Numbered from the stretch's first letter, positions 13,912 to 29,252 are shown. The stretch: DNA of 64,000 nucleotides from Eledone cirrhosa (GCA_964016885.1 OZ024743.1:365552001-365616000); one strand, 5' to 3'. Notes: generated from the sequence alone by a model not told the origin. A program made the numbers and translations.

Positions 13912-16900
13912 AGCAACATGTCTGCTGTCGTGTGACAACGGCGTAAAAGTTGAGAGGAACACGGCGAACACAGAAATTGATACAATAAACACCACCACAA
14001 ACAACGTGAACAAAGACAGCAATGACAAACACTGACAACACTAATTTTGAAAAAAATGACCACTCCAACCACAACAGTAACAGCGACAACCAAAATACAG
14101 ACAACAGAAAAAATGACAACAAATGCAACAACAATATTAACACCACTAACATGAAAACAAATAGCGACAACACCAACAGCAACAAGACCAACTGCACCGA
14201 GAACAACAACAACGGCGGCACCAAATAAATAACCAACTGCAACAGTGATAACAGCAACAACACCAACAAGAACAACGACAATAACACCAACGACAAGAAG
14301 AACACGTTCGCTGCGGCAGCAGCAAAAAGAGGCCATGCTTCAGCTTGAACCTCTCGAACAAAGATAAAAAGTTGGCCCACGACTGGAAGTTCATCAAGCA
14401 AGAGCAAACCAGGGCCAACTTAACTGTCCCGGTAGAAGCTATTGAAGCAGTGGAGCGCAGAACGGTGCATTACAGATGCATCTCAGCAGAAACCAAGAGG
14501 GAAGCTTTAATTCCACAAGCAGATGTCGAAGTCGCGCTGAGGTGCATCAGATATGACACCGAATACATAGCGAGGGGCAGACAATATGGCACAGTTTCGG
14601 TGTTGTTTAAGTCAGAAGCCCTCGCTATGAAACATGCTATGACACCTTGCAAAACCAGCAAGGTCATAATGCACCCCTCCCACATGGGAAAAAGAACGGC
14701 CCAGAATCCCACCAGGACTTGACATGTGGTGGCTTCTGGGATGTGTGATTGTGAAGGGGGCGGATACTGTCCCGATAGAAGTAACAAGAACTGCCAGAGA
14801 CGACTGGTCCGGGGATGACCTGGAGATACTTCTCCAGATCAGGCCGGAGAATATCAAAACAATCCAGGACGACATCCGTCATCAAAACGGGACGGTAATA
14901 CACATTATGACTGAGGGCAAAAGGCCGCAATATTTCGTTTGTGGGGAAAAACCCATTTGCGAGTTCTGCCCTCAACTGCTGAAAAATGCAAGGGGTCGAA
15001 GGGCTCCACTGCTGCCGACGCCGGGAGGAGGACCGCAACCAACACCAGCACCAGCAAAACCACCAGCAACAACACCAATAGAAAGACAACCACCAACATT
15101 GACCACCCAGGGGAGAAACGAGGAAAGCTGTCAAATTCCCCCTCCCGCCCAAAATACACACATCAATAAAAATATAAACACACACACAGACACAGACACA
15201 CTTACAGACACAGACCCCTCATCTACCAGTAGTGAAGGTGAGGGAAAACCAAAATCCCACAAAATACAAAAATGGAAACACAAAAGGAAAAAAAAACTCA
15301 ACAAAGCAAAAAACACCTACAATAAAAAATGCAGACACCACCCACGCAAATATCTCCCTAACAACACCAATATCAACACCACCATCACCATCTCCAGAAT
15401 CCCCCAAACGCAAACAACCTAAACAGACACAAGAACAAATACACACACAAACATCTGAAACCACAGACACCGCACTCACAACAAACGCAGACACAACCAA
15501 AATAACACCATCAAAACCATCACCACCACAGCCATGCAAACAAATAAAATCACACCAACAAAACATACAAAACTTCGTGCTCGTCAGGTGGGCCAACAAG
15601 GAACTGATGGCCCTCGTAACACGAAGTAAAGAAATACCAAAAAAGGAGGAAATTTTTAAATCGAGCACATTTCGCGTGCCGGAAGATTTGTTTCTGGTGC
15701 GAATGTCGCTCGATTTATACAAAGAGATACGAGACAGCATTCCTATGGACGTGGGAACCCCGAACGTAAAACCCACTTCAAGATTTTTGAAGGGGTTCCC
15801 AAAAGAAACCCCACTAACTATGGAGGTCGAACCACCCGACCTTCACAAGAGCCCGGAAGGTAAGTAAACCTTTCCTATCTCTTTTAGCCTGCCAACATAG
15901 CCGTATTAAGAGTAGGAAGTTTAAATGTTCGAGGCCTGGGATCGTCCTGGAAACAGGGTCACCTGCTCAACGACCTCAGATCTCTAGAAATGGATGTAAT
16001 TGCCGTCAGCAAGACCAGGATTTCCGACACGCGCACACCAGTCCCTATTTTCGACGACCATCAGATCTTCACATCTGCTAGTCGGCCGGTAATTGGAGGT
16101 GGGTTGGCAGTGCTGTTTAGGAAAGGCCGGGATCTCGAGGTAAGGTCGATCTTCCGGGATTCGGACGGTAAGTTGGTGGTCCTGGACGTGAACAATAACG
16201 AAGGTGACGCCTTTAGACTTGTGGTCATCTACTGGAGCAGGACGGCCGGACTTCTTTAGACGCCTGGAAACCTTTCTGGGTACGTCTCGCTCTTTACTGT
16301 TAGCGGGGGACTGGAACAGCATCTTAGACGCACGCTGGGACTGTGTGGGCGTATCCGATAGGAGCGGGGGGTGCAAAAGCCTCAAGTACCTGATCAGCCA
16401 GCTCCAACTGTCTGACAGGTACCGACTAAATTTCCCTAATGCGCCAGTGTGGACCTGGACCAACTGCATAGGGTCATCTAGATCGTATATAGACAGGATA
16501 TTCATTAGGAAAAAAGACAGAGATAGTGTAAGCTGTCCACATTTTAAAAGGTTGTATGGTGGACTAGGTTGAAAGGACTGAAGACAGACACTTTTCTCTT
16601 CAGCCAATCCCTCATCAACTTTTTCGAGTTTCACTTGGAAAGGAAGGTGAGGGTGGAGAGAGAAGTGCTGCCCCCCAGTACATTGGCTGAAAGGTGGGTG
16701 AATGTGGCGAGAATGGCCCGTGTGAGTGGGCCTAATCTGACCATGCGCCTGTAGGTGGGTGAATTTGAGGAGGAGAGGGTGCCCTTCCCGGGTGCTCTCG
16801 AAGCGTCGCGTCGTTCAGCATTGGTGGGGTACCTGAGTGAACCCTGGGTGGTCATCCCCCCTATTGGGGACTCTTTCTTTTATTTTTGTTGTTATTTTGT

Positions 16901-17015
16901 TAATGTTATTTATATTGTTTACACGTTGTATATGTAAAACCCCACTGTCCCAGTCTTTTGTATTGTCCCCTATATGTCGGCACTTGTGACCAATAAATGA
17001 AATCATTATTATTAT
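13900..17015 (+). mobile_element. L1/Tx1-clade LINE copy 2, internally deleted (longer ORF1 remnant, APE, no RT)
   Basis: APE from ~15897 (GSLNVRGL, LAGDWNSILD, WTW, SYIDRIF). Jumps near 16550 to the ORF2 C-terminus (RKVRVEREVL...ERWV). 3' UTR homologous to copy 1, (ATT)n tail. Confidence 0.85.
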
Positions 17016-17016
17016 T

Positions 17017-17200
17017 TTGGCAGTATCGGTAGAGGGTCGGACGCCATGCTTTCCAGCATAGTTACATCCCTTTACGGTCTGAGTTCAAATCCCGCCGAGG
17101 TTAACTTTGCCTTTCATCCTTACGGGGTCGATAAAATAAAGTACCAGTAATGTACTGGGTAATTGCTGGCCTTGTGTCAAAAGTAGAAACAATTATTATT
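17017..17200 (+). mobile_element. tRNA-derived SINE copy (same family as 8202)
   Basis: Near-identical to 8212-8390; abuts the (ATT)n tail of the Tx1 copy. Confidence 0.88.
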
Positions 17201-18293
17201 AGTAGTAGTAGTAATAGTAGTAGCAGCAACAGCAGCAGCAGCTGTAGTAGTAGTAGTAGTAGTAGTTCTGATAATGCTTATGATCATGTTGCTCGTTCCT
17301 CCACCAGCACAACTTACAAAACCATTATCACATCCACCCATACACCCATCACCACCTCAGCAACAACAACTACAACAAAAATGATAACAGCATACTAAAA
17401 ATAACACCAACATTTCCCAGCCCATCAAATCGATGACTCCAACACTGCTGACACTACTGCCAACTACCGACGATAACACCAAGATGATGTCGACCACTCT
17501 TCCTCTTCCTCTCCCCCCGGCATCTCTCTCTCTCTCTCTCTCTCATTACACTCTCCCCGACTCCTATTCACAACGTCACCGTTCTTAATAGCCAATGGCG
17601 TTTCTGATCTCTTCGGTATGACTCAATCACTACTTTATTCAGTATAGTCTATTTGCTAGCTATATAAACTGCCCAGCTTTTATTTTACATGTTCATTCTT
17701 TTTTCTTTTATGAATCAAACGCCATTGGAATTCGAACAGCAACCTATGAAATACTTTGGCTTTAATAACGGCACTATATGAATGAATTGGCTCTGCCTGG
17801 TGGCTAAGTGTGGGAACTCATGTTCGTAAGTCCATGGGTTCGAATCCCGGACAGCGCGTTATGTCTTTGAATAGGGGATTTCACTTTTCTCTAAACATAA
17901 ATTTAGCTATATCTTTTTTTATTTTTTCGTCTTAAACTCACTTTCAACTGAGTCTGAAACTCTCGAAAATGCCTGATTATTACAAATTCCCTTTCAATAG
18001 AGTTAATCACATCACGATATATGTTTCTGTTGTAGTAAAGGTTACGTACCTTTAGAATGTAAATGGACGAAATGCCCCACAGAATTAAATGTCACGGTAA
18101 AGAAGCAAAAGAATGCATCCCAATAGATCTATTGAAATACAAAGTTTCAAATCACTATTTAGAATGAATCTTACATGCTAGTACCTACAACACTTGTTCA
18201 AGGTGCAGTTCTTTGTAAAATAACATATAATGCTTAAAGAAATTATTGCTTGTTCAAGCTAATTTAATATAAGTCACTGGAGAGAGAGAAAGA

Positions 18294-18361
<68 letters not shown>

Positions 18362-18390
18362 GCGTGCGTGTGTGTGTGTGTGCGTGCGTG

Positions 18391-18440
<50 letters not shown>

Positions 18441-18481
18441 CGTGTGTGGGTGTGGGTGTGGGTGTGTGGGTGTGTGGGTGT

Positions 18482-18529
<48 letters not shown>

Positions 18530-18707
18530 ATAATATATCTTTTTAAAAAGAGCTCTTCAGAGTGGAAAGAAAAAGTAAGCAGTCTGCACTTTCGAAAACT
18601 TAAAGTGAAGTTAATGAACCGAAAATTGCTGCAACTGGAAATCAAAACCCAGTACAAGACTTGTTTCATTAGAAGATGCTGTTGCTATTTGTGGTGGTGG
18701 TGGTGCT

Positions 18708-18843
18708 CAGGGCCGGATATATCGAGAGGAGGAGGGGGAGAATACCCTGGGTACCCCTTGTTAAACAGGACCCCCTCTAGGATCAGCCATGCAACACCCC
18801 AAACTTGAACTTCCCCGGGACCCTCAAACTAAATATGCCCATG
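18708..18843. mobile_element. hAT-type MITE
   Basis: Imperfect TIRs cagggccggatata / taaatatgcccatg. Exact 8-bp TSD gtggtgct at 18700-18707 and 18844-18851. Confidence 0.7.
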
Positions 18844-19052
18844 GTGGTGCTTGTGGTTAATCTCAACTCTACGACACTTGCCAGATTATGAATATGTTAT
18901 ATTCATCTCTTACAGTTCACTGCACCTCAGTGGAAACCTTTTCGTTCATGGCTGGGCTGGAGTTGGATGAGCATTTCTATGAAAAAAAAAACAACAAAAA
19001 CAAAACCGCTGTCTAATTTAGATGGCGATAAATCAACCATCTATCTATCTAT

Positions 19053-19217
<165 letters not shown>

Positions 19218-19588
19218 TGTGCATGTGGGTGTGTGTGTATGTATGTATATATACATTTGTCTGATACTTGAGGTTTGACTTTATCAATGGTTTGAATTTT
19301 GGCAGATATTGTCAACTAATGCACCAGAAAGCGATCAAAAGGCAATACAAAAAAATATAACCCCCAAGATCGAATATGTATGTATGTATGTATGCATGTA
19401 TGTATGTATGTATGTATATATGCATGTATGTATGTATGTATGTATGTATGTATGTATGTATGTATGTATGTATGTATGTATATATGTATGTATGTAGATA
19501 AAATTAGAAAAAGAATGAGAAGTTCGTGAATAAAGCAACGTTGCTGACTCATATCCATAGTTCAACTGAAGATAATATATAAGTATAT

Positions 19589-19655
<67 letters not shown>

Positions 19656-19790
19656 GAAGAAGCTTGCATATTCTCTTCAGCTTTTATTACAATCTACTTT
19701 GAAGAATATTCCAATTAATCTTTATCAAGAAAGCACGTCTGATTGCCTAATCTTATTTTCTGGGTCCTTATTTATTCCTTTCTTTCTCTC

Positions 19791-19893
<103 letters not shown>

Positions 19894-19914
19894 GTATGTA
19901 AATATATATATGTG

Positions 19915-19994
<80 letters not shown>

Positions 19995-20033
19995 CATATT
20001 TATATATAATATGTATATAAATATATATATGTG

Positions 20034-20098
<65 letters not shown>

Positions 20099-20111
20099 GT
20101 GTGTGTGTATG

Positions 20112-20142
<31 letters not shown>

Positions 20143-20191
20143 ACACACACACCATATACATACATACATGCATGCATATATATATATATAA

Positions 20192-20284
<93 letters not shown>

Positions 20285-20437
20285 AATATATATGTGTATG
20301 TGTATATATATATATATGTATATATATATATAGGAACGATCGACTTTCGTCAAATCGGACCGAGGGAACAATGTTTCCGTTGGTCTTTCCAATTGCTAAT
20401 ACTATCTATCGGTCGCAACTCCAGGTAGAAGGAGCAA

Positions 20438-20532
20438 CGTGAAATAAAGTGTCTTGCTCAAGGACATAACGCATCGCCTGGTCCAGGAATCGAACTCACA
20501 ACCTTACGATTGCGAATCCAATTCTCTAACCA
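20438..20532 (-). mobile_element. tRNA-derived SINE fragment, second family
   Basis: Minus strand tggttagag...gttcgattcc (A/B boxes) followed by tgtccttgagcaagacact. Confidence 0.6.
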
Positions 20533-20612
20533 ATATATATATATATACATATATATACATATATGTAAATGTATATATATACATACACACACACACCATA
20601 TACATACATACA

Positions 20613-20666
<54 letters not shown>

Positions 20667-21821
20667 TGCATGTATGTATATGGCTATTTATTGAATTATT
20701 TATGTATCCGTCCCCCACCTCCACTGCTCATGTAACCGAGAATCCTCTAAAATCTGTATTCAGATAGCAGCAGTGGTGTAGAATGTTCTGGAAATGGTGG
20801 TAATGTCATGGTAGGTTATGGTTGTGGTGGTCATTGTAGTGTTGGTGGGTGTTAGGGCGGAGAGGGACACAAGCGACCCTTATTGAAAAATTGAAACACC
20901 TTTTTTATGAAAATTAGTGAACTCCTCTATACATTTCTTATCTCCACTTCCCCTTTTTTCCTATTGATTTATTCTTTCCTTTTATCTTTCTTTCTTTCTT
21001 TCATTCTTTCCTTCTTTCTTTTTTGCTTTCATCTTTCTTTCACTTTTTTCCTATCTTTTTCCAGAAATTCATTTTTCTCTATTTTTTCTTCGTTCATACA
21101 TACATTTATTAATTCTTTCGGTGGTTCTATATTTCATTCACTATTACTTCTAAATTAATCACACTACCACTACCTCCACAATCCTCCCCAAGTACCAGTG
21201 CAACCAACGCTTTATACATGCACGCACGCACACACACACACACACAAACACAGACACATAGACACACATACACACACGCACTATTATAATTAACACTACC
21301 AGTGCAACACCACCAAAATTACCATCAGAAAACACATATACTAACATCACCACGACACATATAACACCACCATAGTGTGGTAGCACTACTGCTACCCCCC
21401 CCCCCCCCACACACACACACAACCACCACCACCAGTAACACTATCTGTTCTTCACACCATCACCACCACTATCACACCTACATACCACCACTACCACGAA
21501 CTCTACAAGTCCCCCACACATATACACACCACCAATTCCACCACCACAACCATCACGATGATGTTGGCTATGGTGATGTTGATGATGGTGATGATGATGA
21601 TGATGTGGAGGAGGAGGAGGAGGAGGAGGAGGAGGAGGGGGGATGAGGAGGAGGAGGAGGTTAACTAAGATGAAGAGAGAAATGAATAATTAAAAAAAAC
21701 ATCTTACGCTAAAAAAGACAGCAAAGCATGGAAAAGATGACAGAAGAGTCACAGAATTAAAATGCAGACGACCAAATATTTGTTTGTTAAAGTATAGCGA
21801 GTCACACACACAGGCACACAA

Positions 21822-21891
<70 letters not shown>

Positions 21892-22446
21892 GCACAGACG
21901 CACAGACGCACAGACGCACACATACACACGCGCATACACACATACACGCATATACACACACGCGCGCACACACACTCATACACACACATATACACGTATA
22001 TACACGTATATACACATATATGTACAGACATACACACTCACATATACATGCATTTACACACACACACACACGCGTGCACACATCTACACACACATACAAT
22101 ATCTCTTTCTCCACATAAGCACACATTCTTGCACGTATAGACTCTCACATTCAAACTCTCCCTCTCTCTATTCTCACACAAATATTTACACCTTTCTCAC
22201 TCTCTCACATACAATCTCGGTCACACATATCTTACCACAAACCAATGCATACAAATTACCTCTCACAGCTTCACATATACACTCAAACACACGCATTCAC
22301 ACACACGCTCCTTCTTACACGTACACACACACACACACACAAACACACTCTCATACGCAAGTGCAAATACTCACATACACTCACACTCATACACACACAC
22401 ATATATATATATACATACATATATATATATATACACACACACACAC

Positions 22447-22519
<73 letters not shown>

Positions 22520-22713
22520 GATAAATCTACCAAAAGTTTACGGTAGTGTCCAATCCGTATGAAGAACTCAATGTAATCCGGATATCATGGAAAGAAGAGA
22601 TGCATTCAAAAATCACTTTCGGTGAAAGATAAACGGAATACAGAGTCAAGATTAAATATTAAAAAAATAATGAATAAAACAAAGAAACAGTTCCTTATAT
22701 TAAACAAAAAAAG

Positions 22714-22856
22714 TTCATTATTTTACGATCGTTTCTAGGACATATATGTGTTAGAATTGGCATGCATATTCAAAAGATCTATGTACAAAATTATACAAAC
22801 TATCAAGGAGAATATACATACCATCACATATATATGCTGTCTTCAGAAATAATGAA
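22714..22856 (-). ncRNA. Type I hammerhead ribozyme with a very long stem II, downstream of PLE 3
   Basis: Stem I TTCATTATTT/AAATAATGAA (10 bp), CTGAAGA, ~104-nt stem II domain (atatatgtg/cacatatat at its base), GAAA, palindromic CGATCG, UA. Confidence 0.82.
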
Positions 22857-23210
22857 GTATATTTATTGATAATAACAACAATTCAAAATTACAGGTCTGT
22901 TTGGGAACAGATTTTAAATAGACCAATGAAATACATAAAAATTCATCAAGAAAATGCAGTTAGGTGTGTGTATATATGTAAGTAAATTCGTTCACAGATA
23001 TGCATAAAAATGTATGTTCACATGCATACGCATGTCGAAAAAGTGTATGTAAATATAAAAATTTAGGGCTAATGTATTTGTATGTTTATAATCTACAGAC
23101 AAAATATACATACATATACATATATATATACATACATATATACACACATATACATACATTCATACACACACACGCATATATACATAAACACACACATACC
23201 TACGAACACA

Positions 23211-23242
<32 letters not shown>

Positions 23243-23711
23243 TACGTATATATTATTATTATAACTATATGGATATTGAGGCGCACACATAAACACGCCC
23301 ACACACACTTACATTTAGATGCAGAATTAAAAGGAGGTAAGGGAGTAAGTAATTAAAGGAGAGTGTCAAACTCAGCATATTTATAAAAATGTATCTATAA
23401 AGTTAGAAATAAAAAAAAAATTTTTATAGAAGGAAAAAACTTAAAAACGGGGGAACAAAAAATAAGGGGGGGTACGTACATACACAAACGCGAATGTCTC
23501 ACAAAAGAAATATAAAAAAAACATAAAAAAACATAAAAGAGAGACATAAAATATACATGCTTATATACATACGCACATTTACACATCCATACGTTCGATA
23601 CATACATACGTACACACACACACATACACATACTTAACCTCACGCATATTAACCTGTTTGTATGCATATACATAAAAACAAGTAAAACATATACTCATAC
23701 ATATAAATACA

Positions 23712-23771
<60 letters not shown>

Positions 23772-23821
23772 CACACAACACACATATATACATATATGTA
23801 CACACACATACACACATACAT

Positions 23822-23864
<43 letters not shown>

Positions 23865-23995
23865 TATACACACACATATATACACACACACATACATATA
23901 CATATATATACATACACACACACATACCCATGTATATATACACACAACCACACACACACACACACTCAGACATATATAAATATAGAGACATACAT

Positions 23996-24034
<39 letters not shown>

Positions 24035-24119
24035 CACACAGTCAGACACTTATGCACATATATACACATACATACACACATCTCTACAAATACATATACA
24101 TACACATACATACATAAAC

Positions 24120-24187
<68 letters not shown>

Positions 24188-24379
24188 TCATACACACATA
24201 TTTACATGCGCACATATGTATTTTTATACTCACATACAAACACACAAACATACATACACACTTACATACACATACATACATCCACGCTTACAAATACGAA
24301 TAATTATAGGGGGGGAAGGGGGATTAAAATTTATTAGTGGGAAATAGTAAATATAGGTTTCAAGGAACATAGAATGTTA

Positions 24380-25370
24380 ATCTGCAGTTAAATCATAATA
24401 TGTGTTTACATAGTAGTGTCAGTATTAGGAAATGGTATTTGTAAGAAAGAAGGCTAAATTATGTATTTTAATATAAGTAGACTATTAATTATAGGTTAAT
24501 TAAAGTAAATATAGTTAATATATTAATTTCTAAGGTGTATACTACTTAGGTTTATAATATTTAAAGTGGAATTTTGAAGTTAAACAATAGTAGAGTATTA
24601 ATTATAGCATAACTAAATTAAAAATATTAAAATGATGGTATCAATTTTAGGAAATGAATTTTGTAATAGGGAAAGCCAAATTAAGTATTTCATCGGTAGT
24701 AGAATATTAATTATAGGTTAACTAAATTAAAAATTATATATTAATTTCTATAGCATATATTAATTAGGTTTATAATACTTAAAGCAAAATTTTGTATTTT
24801 ATCTATAGTAGAATATAATTATAGGTTAACTAAATTAAAATTAATCTATATATTTATTTGTAAAGAATATATTAATTAGGTATATATTTTAAAGTTTTTC
24901 TCAGTTTATGATTACACGATATTCTGCAATCCATCTGTATTAGAATTTTAATTTTAAGCTAACTAAATTAAAATTATAGGTTAACTAAATTAAAATTAAT
25001 TTATAAATAAATTTCTAAATTGTATATTAATTAGTTTTATAATATTAAAAAGTATTTCTCTGTTATTAATTACACGATATTTTGTTATATTTCATCTGTA
25101 AAGGAATTTTAATAAAAGGTTAAATAAACTAAAATTAATCTATATATTAATTTCCAAAGTATATATTAATTATGTTAATAATATTTAAAAGTTTTTCACA
25201 GTTTATGATTATACGATATTTTTTAATTTCATCTGTAGTAGAATTTTAATTAAATTAAAATTATAGGTTAACTACATTTAAATTAATTTATATATTAATT
25301 TCTAAAATATATATTATTAATTAGGTTTATAATATTTAAATGTTTTTCTCAGTTTATGATTACACGATAT
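24380..25370 (-). repeat. Degenerate tandem array derived from the 3' end of the PLE 3 ORF
   Basis: Repeated attataggttaactaaattaaaatt / tatattaattaggtttataatatttaaa / cagtttatgattacacgatat blocks, roughly 130-180 bp per unit. Confidence 0.75.
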
Positions 25371-26831
25371 AATTAATTCCTGTCGCTTATTTAATAGGAT
25401 ATCCTTAGATTTCATTATTTCAAATAGTTCTTGGGAACACAATCTACATTCATTTCTATTATTTTGATAAGGGGTGGCTCTTTTGAGCACACTCCAGGTC
25501 ATATCATATTCTATATTCTTATTTCTATAACTATTAATTTTTTCTGCTAGAGATGTTGTATTAGCCAGTGCGGCATTTTTAAAACTATGTTTGTGGGTAT
25601 TAAACCTTACCTTAAAATTGTTAGAAGTAGCTCCTATATATGAGCAAATAGAATCTTTAGTTTTAACTTTACATTTATAAACTATGTTGTTAACAAGACA
25701 ATTTCCTTTTAATGGGCAGTTTGCTTTGTTTCTACAGTTACAACCTTTCGTTAATTCTGTATTTGAGGAGATATTATGGTTAGTTTGATGTATTGGTGGT
25801 ATACTTATGGTTTTTTTACATTTATATGCATTATAGGCACTTATATTTTGTTTTATGTTTTTGGTTGTTGAGTATGAGAATTTAACTGTTGATCTATTTA
25901 AGATTTGATGGTATTTGTGGTTTGGCGGGAAGTTTTTCTCACGGATATTAAAAATTTTTTTAGCTATATTATCCTTAATTTGTAAATTAAATGGAGCATT
26001 ATACCAAGTAACTCGTCTATTACGGTTTCTATGTTGTTTATTGTTTTTATAGGATGCACCCTGATGTTTACTAGGAGGATTAATGTTAATGACCTCACCA
26101 CGCACATTTTTAGTTAGATTTATTGATTTAGGTGTTTTAGCTTGTTTATTAGGAGTTTTATTATTAACATTTATTAGAGTTGTATGATGAGTAGTTTTTT
26201 GAGAGTTACTATACTTTATATTAGAGGAGTTAGAGAAATTTGGTTTTATGTTGGTATTTTGGGGTATAGTGTGAGTGGCATTTAGGTGTGTACTTTTCAT
26301 GTGGTGTTTGTTGGTAATATTAGGTTGTATGTTTATAGTGTTATTAGTAGAAGGTATATATTCCAATCTATTTTTGTGGCCACTTCTATCTAGAGCTTCG
26401 TTATAGAAGGTCGCATTTTTATCAAATACATCTTGGTTAGACGAAAGGTTAGAAATTCTAAGTGATATATTATATGCAAGGTTTTTAAGGATAGATTTAG
26501 GGTGATTAGATTGTGAGTGTATGTAGTGTAAGTTTTGGTTGGGTTTATGGTAAGGTTGGTAGATACCCGTAGCTAAGTCTAAAGTTATATCTAGGAAATT
26601 AACTACTTTACTTGTGTTTTCAAAAGTAATATGAAGACTATAATAGTCTTTAAGGAAAGTTCTAATAAGCTTTTTGTTTTTTTCTATTTCTGAGAGGCTA
26701 AGGTTGTTGGAAAGAAGAAGACAGTCATCACGATATAAACCACCTTTAAGGTGGGGAAAGGAAGCATTTATGTTAAAAAGAAGAAAGAGGCCCACAAGAT
26801 CAGTAATTTGGGCAGAATCGCTTGAACCCAT
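25317..26831 (-). pseudogene. PLE RT C-terminal half + GIY-YIG endonuclease (504 aa open)
   Basis: MGSSDS, GLYRDD, FLDITLDL, SNHP, WYNAPF, KFSYSTT, CNCRNKANCPLKGNCL, VYKCKV...YIGAT, CRLC, CNH. Confidence 0.92.
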
Positions 26832-27284
26832 AGTAATATCAATATTAGATTACTATATGTGTTTCTGGTCCAGTATTCATTCTGAAATTCAATAAGTGTT
26901 AGTCTAGCATGTGTAATAATATTAATGTCATCCAAAGTTAAGTTAGATCTATTTTTAGCAAATATTAAAGCTTTGTTCAGGAGTATAGGTGATATAGAAG
27001 AATAGTAATTATCTATATCAAATTGTAGAAATGAAGCAGAAGGTTTACATCTAATATTTTTAAACCAGTTAATTACCTGGGAAGTGTTTTCCCAGAGTGG
27101 TAAATTAACATGTTTTCTTATTTGTGGGATGAACTATATATATATATATATATGCAAAAGTTCTATTTAAAATTGTTGGGATACAACAAGTAAATATTTT
27201 TATAACTGATATAAAGCACTCGACAAGTATTTGGAATAGATATACGATATTAATAAATGGAAACTATATTTATAAAACCATATT

Positions 27285-27349
27285 TATTTCACTATACATA
27301 TTTCAGGGATACCAAATTAAATTATGGTATGCCTTCATCAGACAAAATA
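27285..27349 (-). ncRNA. Type I hammerhead ribozyme motif
   Basis: TATTTTGT-CTGATGA-AGGcATACCA...TGGTATcCCT-GAAA-TATGTA-TA-GTGAAATA; stem I relies on G-U pairs. Lies in an island between (TA)n tracts. Confidence 0.72.
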
Positions 27350-27659
27350 CAATATATAACAGTTTTACAAATAAGCTTTGACGTACCCTTTTAAAATGCA
27401 ACCATTATTTTTGGAAGCCATCCGGATAGTGAATTGTTTATATTATTTTAATAAGTCATAGTGTTAAGCACAATTAGAAAAAGACGGAGAGAAAGAAAAA
27501 AGACGGAGAGAGAGAAAAAAGAAAAAAACGTGGAGAAATATCGGAGAGAGAGAAATGCATGGAGAAAAAACTATAATATATATATATATATATTATAGTT
27601 GAAACAGAAAACAAAAAAACAACGACGGAGCGAAGAGACAGTACAAGGAGTTAATATTA

Positions 27660-27840
27660 GTTGGCAGTACCGGTAGAGGGTCGGACGCCATGCTTTCGAG
27701 CATAGTTACGTCCCTTTACGGTCTGAGTTCAAATCCCGCCGAGGTTGACTTTGCCTTTCATCCTTACGGGGTCGATAAAATAAAGTACCAGTAATGCACT
27801 GGGTAATTGCTGGCCTTGTGCCTAAAGTAGAAACAATATT
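27660..27840 (+). mobile_element. tRNA-derived SINE copy (family of 8202)
   Basis: Near-identical to 8212-8390. Confidence 0.88.
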
Positions 27841-28053
27841 AGTTACACACACACACACACACACAGATTCTGCACTTTTCACTCTCACTCACAAGTACAC
27901 AGCCACATACGCTCACACATGTATACACTTTCATTCAAATACATGCGTGCATACACACACAAACGCACACATGCTTACGTACACACAAATACGTTCTCAC
28001 TTTTCTTCTTCTTACCTTATTCCCACGTACAAGCAAATCAATAATAAAAATGC

Positions 28054-28130
<77 letters not shown>

Positions 28131-28845
28131 CCACATGTACTCTCTCTCTCTCTCTCTCTTTTACATACACACACATACACTTCAGGTCTTCCCCTCTATC
28201 TTCTGTATCATTCCTACATACAAACATAACACACACGTGCACAAACAGCGTACACACACAGAGCAATACTTTGGAAAAAAAACAGACATTTTTGAAGAAG
28301 ACTGAACAAAATTCTCAAGTTCTGATAAACCTTAAAGAACAGTCTAAATGACAATCTCCTTCTAATGTTTGACAAGGAAGAAAACATTTTCAAAAGCAAG
28401 CTTTCTTTCCATATCCTGTAAGCAGACATTAGCTGGTCACTACATGGATATAACAGAAAGAGAAATAGGTTGGCCAATGAGCAAATAATGGATGAGTTAA
28501 TCCTTCAAATTAATGTTTGCACACGTCAGATGTATTGTATTTGGAGTGGTTCGGAGTGGATAGAAGGTGCATTTGAAGGAGTTGACAGTGCAGATGATGG
28601 TTAAGTGGTGAGGATGATGGTGGTTGGGGTAGCTTCGTCTGTGTAGTTACTTTATTTTCAGTACAGGAAGTTAAATAGGGCCCAAAAATAACATATGGGT
28701 ATGGAATTATGTTTGTCTGTCCCTTGATTAATGTTCTGATCTTGAAATCGACGCTTCTCGATACGTTCACACATATACACATATGAACGCAAACGCACAC
28801 ATACACGCACACGCACACGCACACGCACACATGCACAGACACACA

Positions 28846-28958
<113 letters not shown>

Positions 28959-29179
28959 CATGCATGTGTAGATATAGAGATCATTTGTATATATGTGGGT
29001 GTGAGTACACGCATACACATAAATCAAATAATGGATTATCAAATTGCATCTCACATTGATATGTAAACAGAGGTGAATAGAAATCGCTAGCTACTTTTCA
29101 TACATACGCACTCATATACATATATGTGTATATATATATATATACACACACATACATTAGACAGACAGACAGACAGACA

Positions 29180-29252
<73 letters not shown>

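Larger units (their letters stand above)
22517..27135 (-). mobile_element. 5'-truncated Penelope-like element 3 (Naiad-like) including its 3' region
   Basis: RT starts at a (TA)n tract at 27135 (IPQIRKHVNLPLWENTSQVINWF...QFDI). ORF 25317..26831, then tandem tail and HHR. The left boundary is approximate. Confidence 0.75.
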
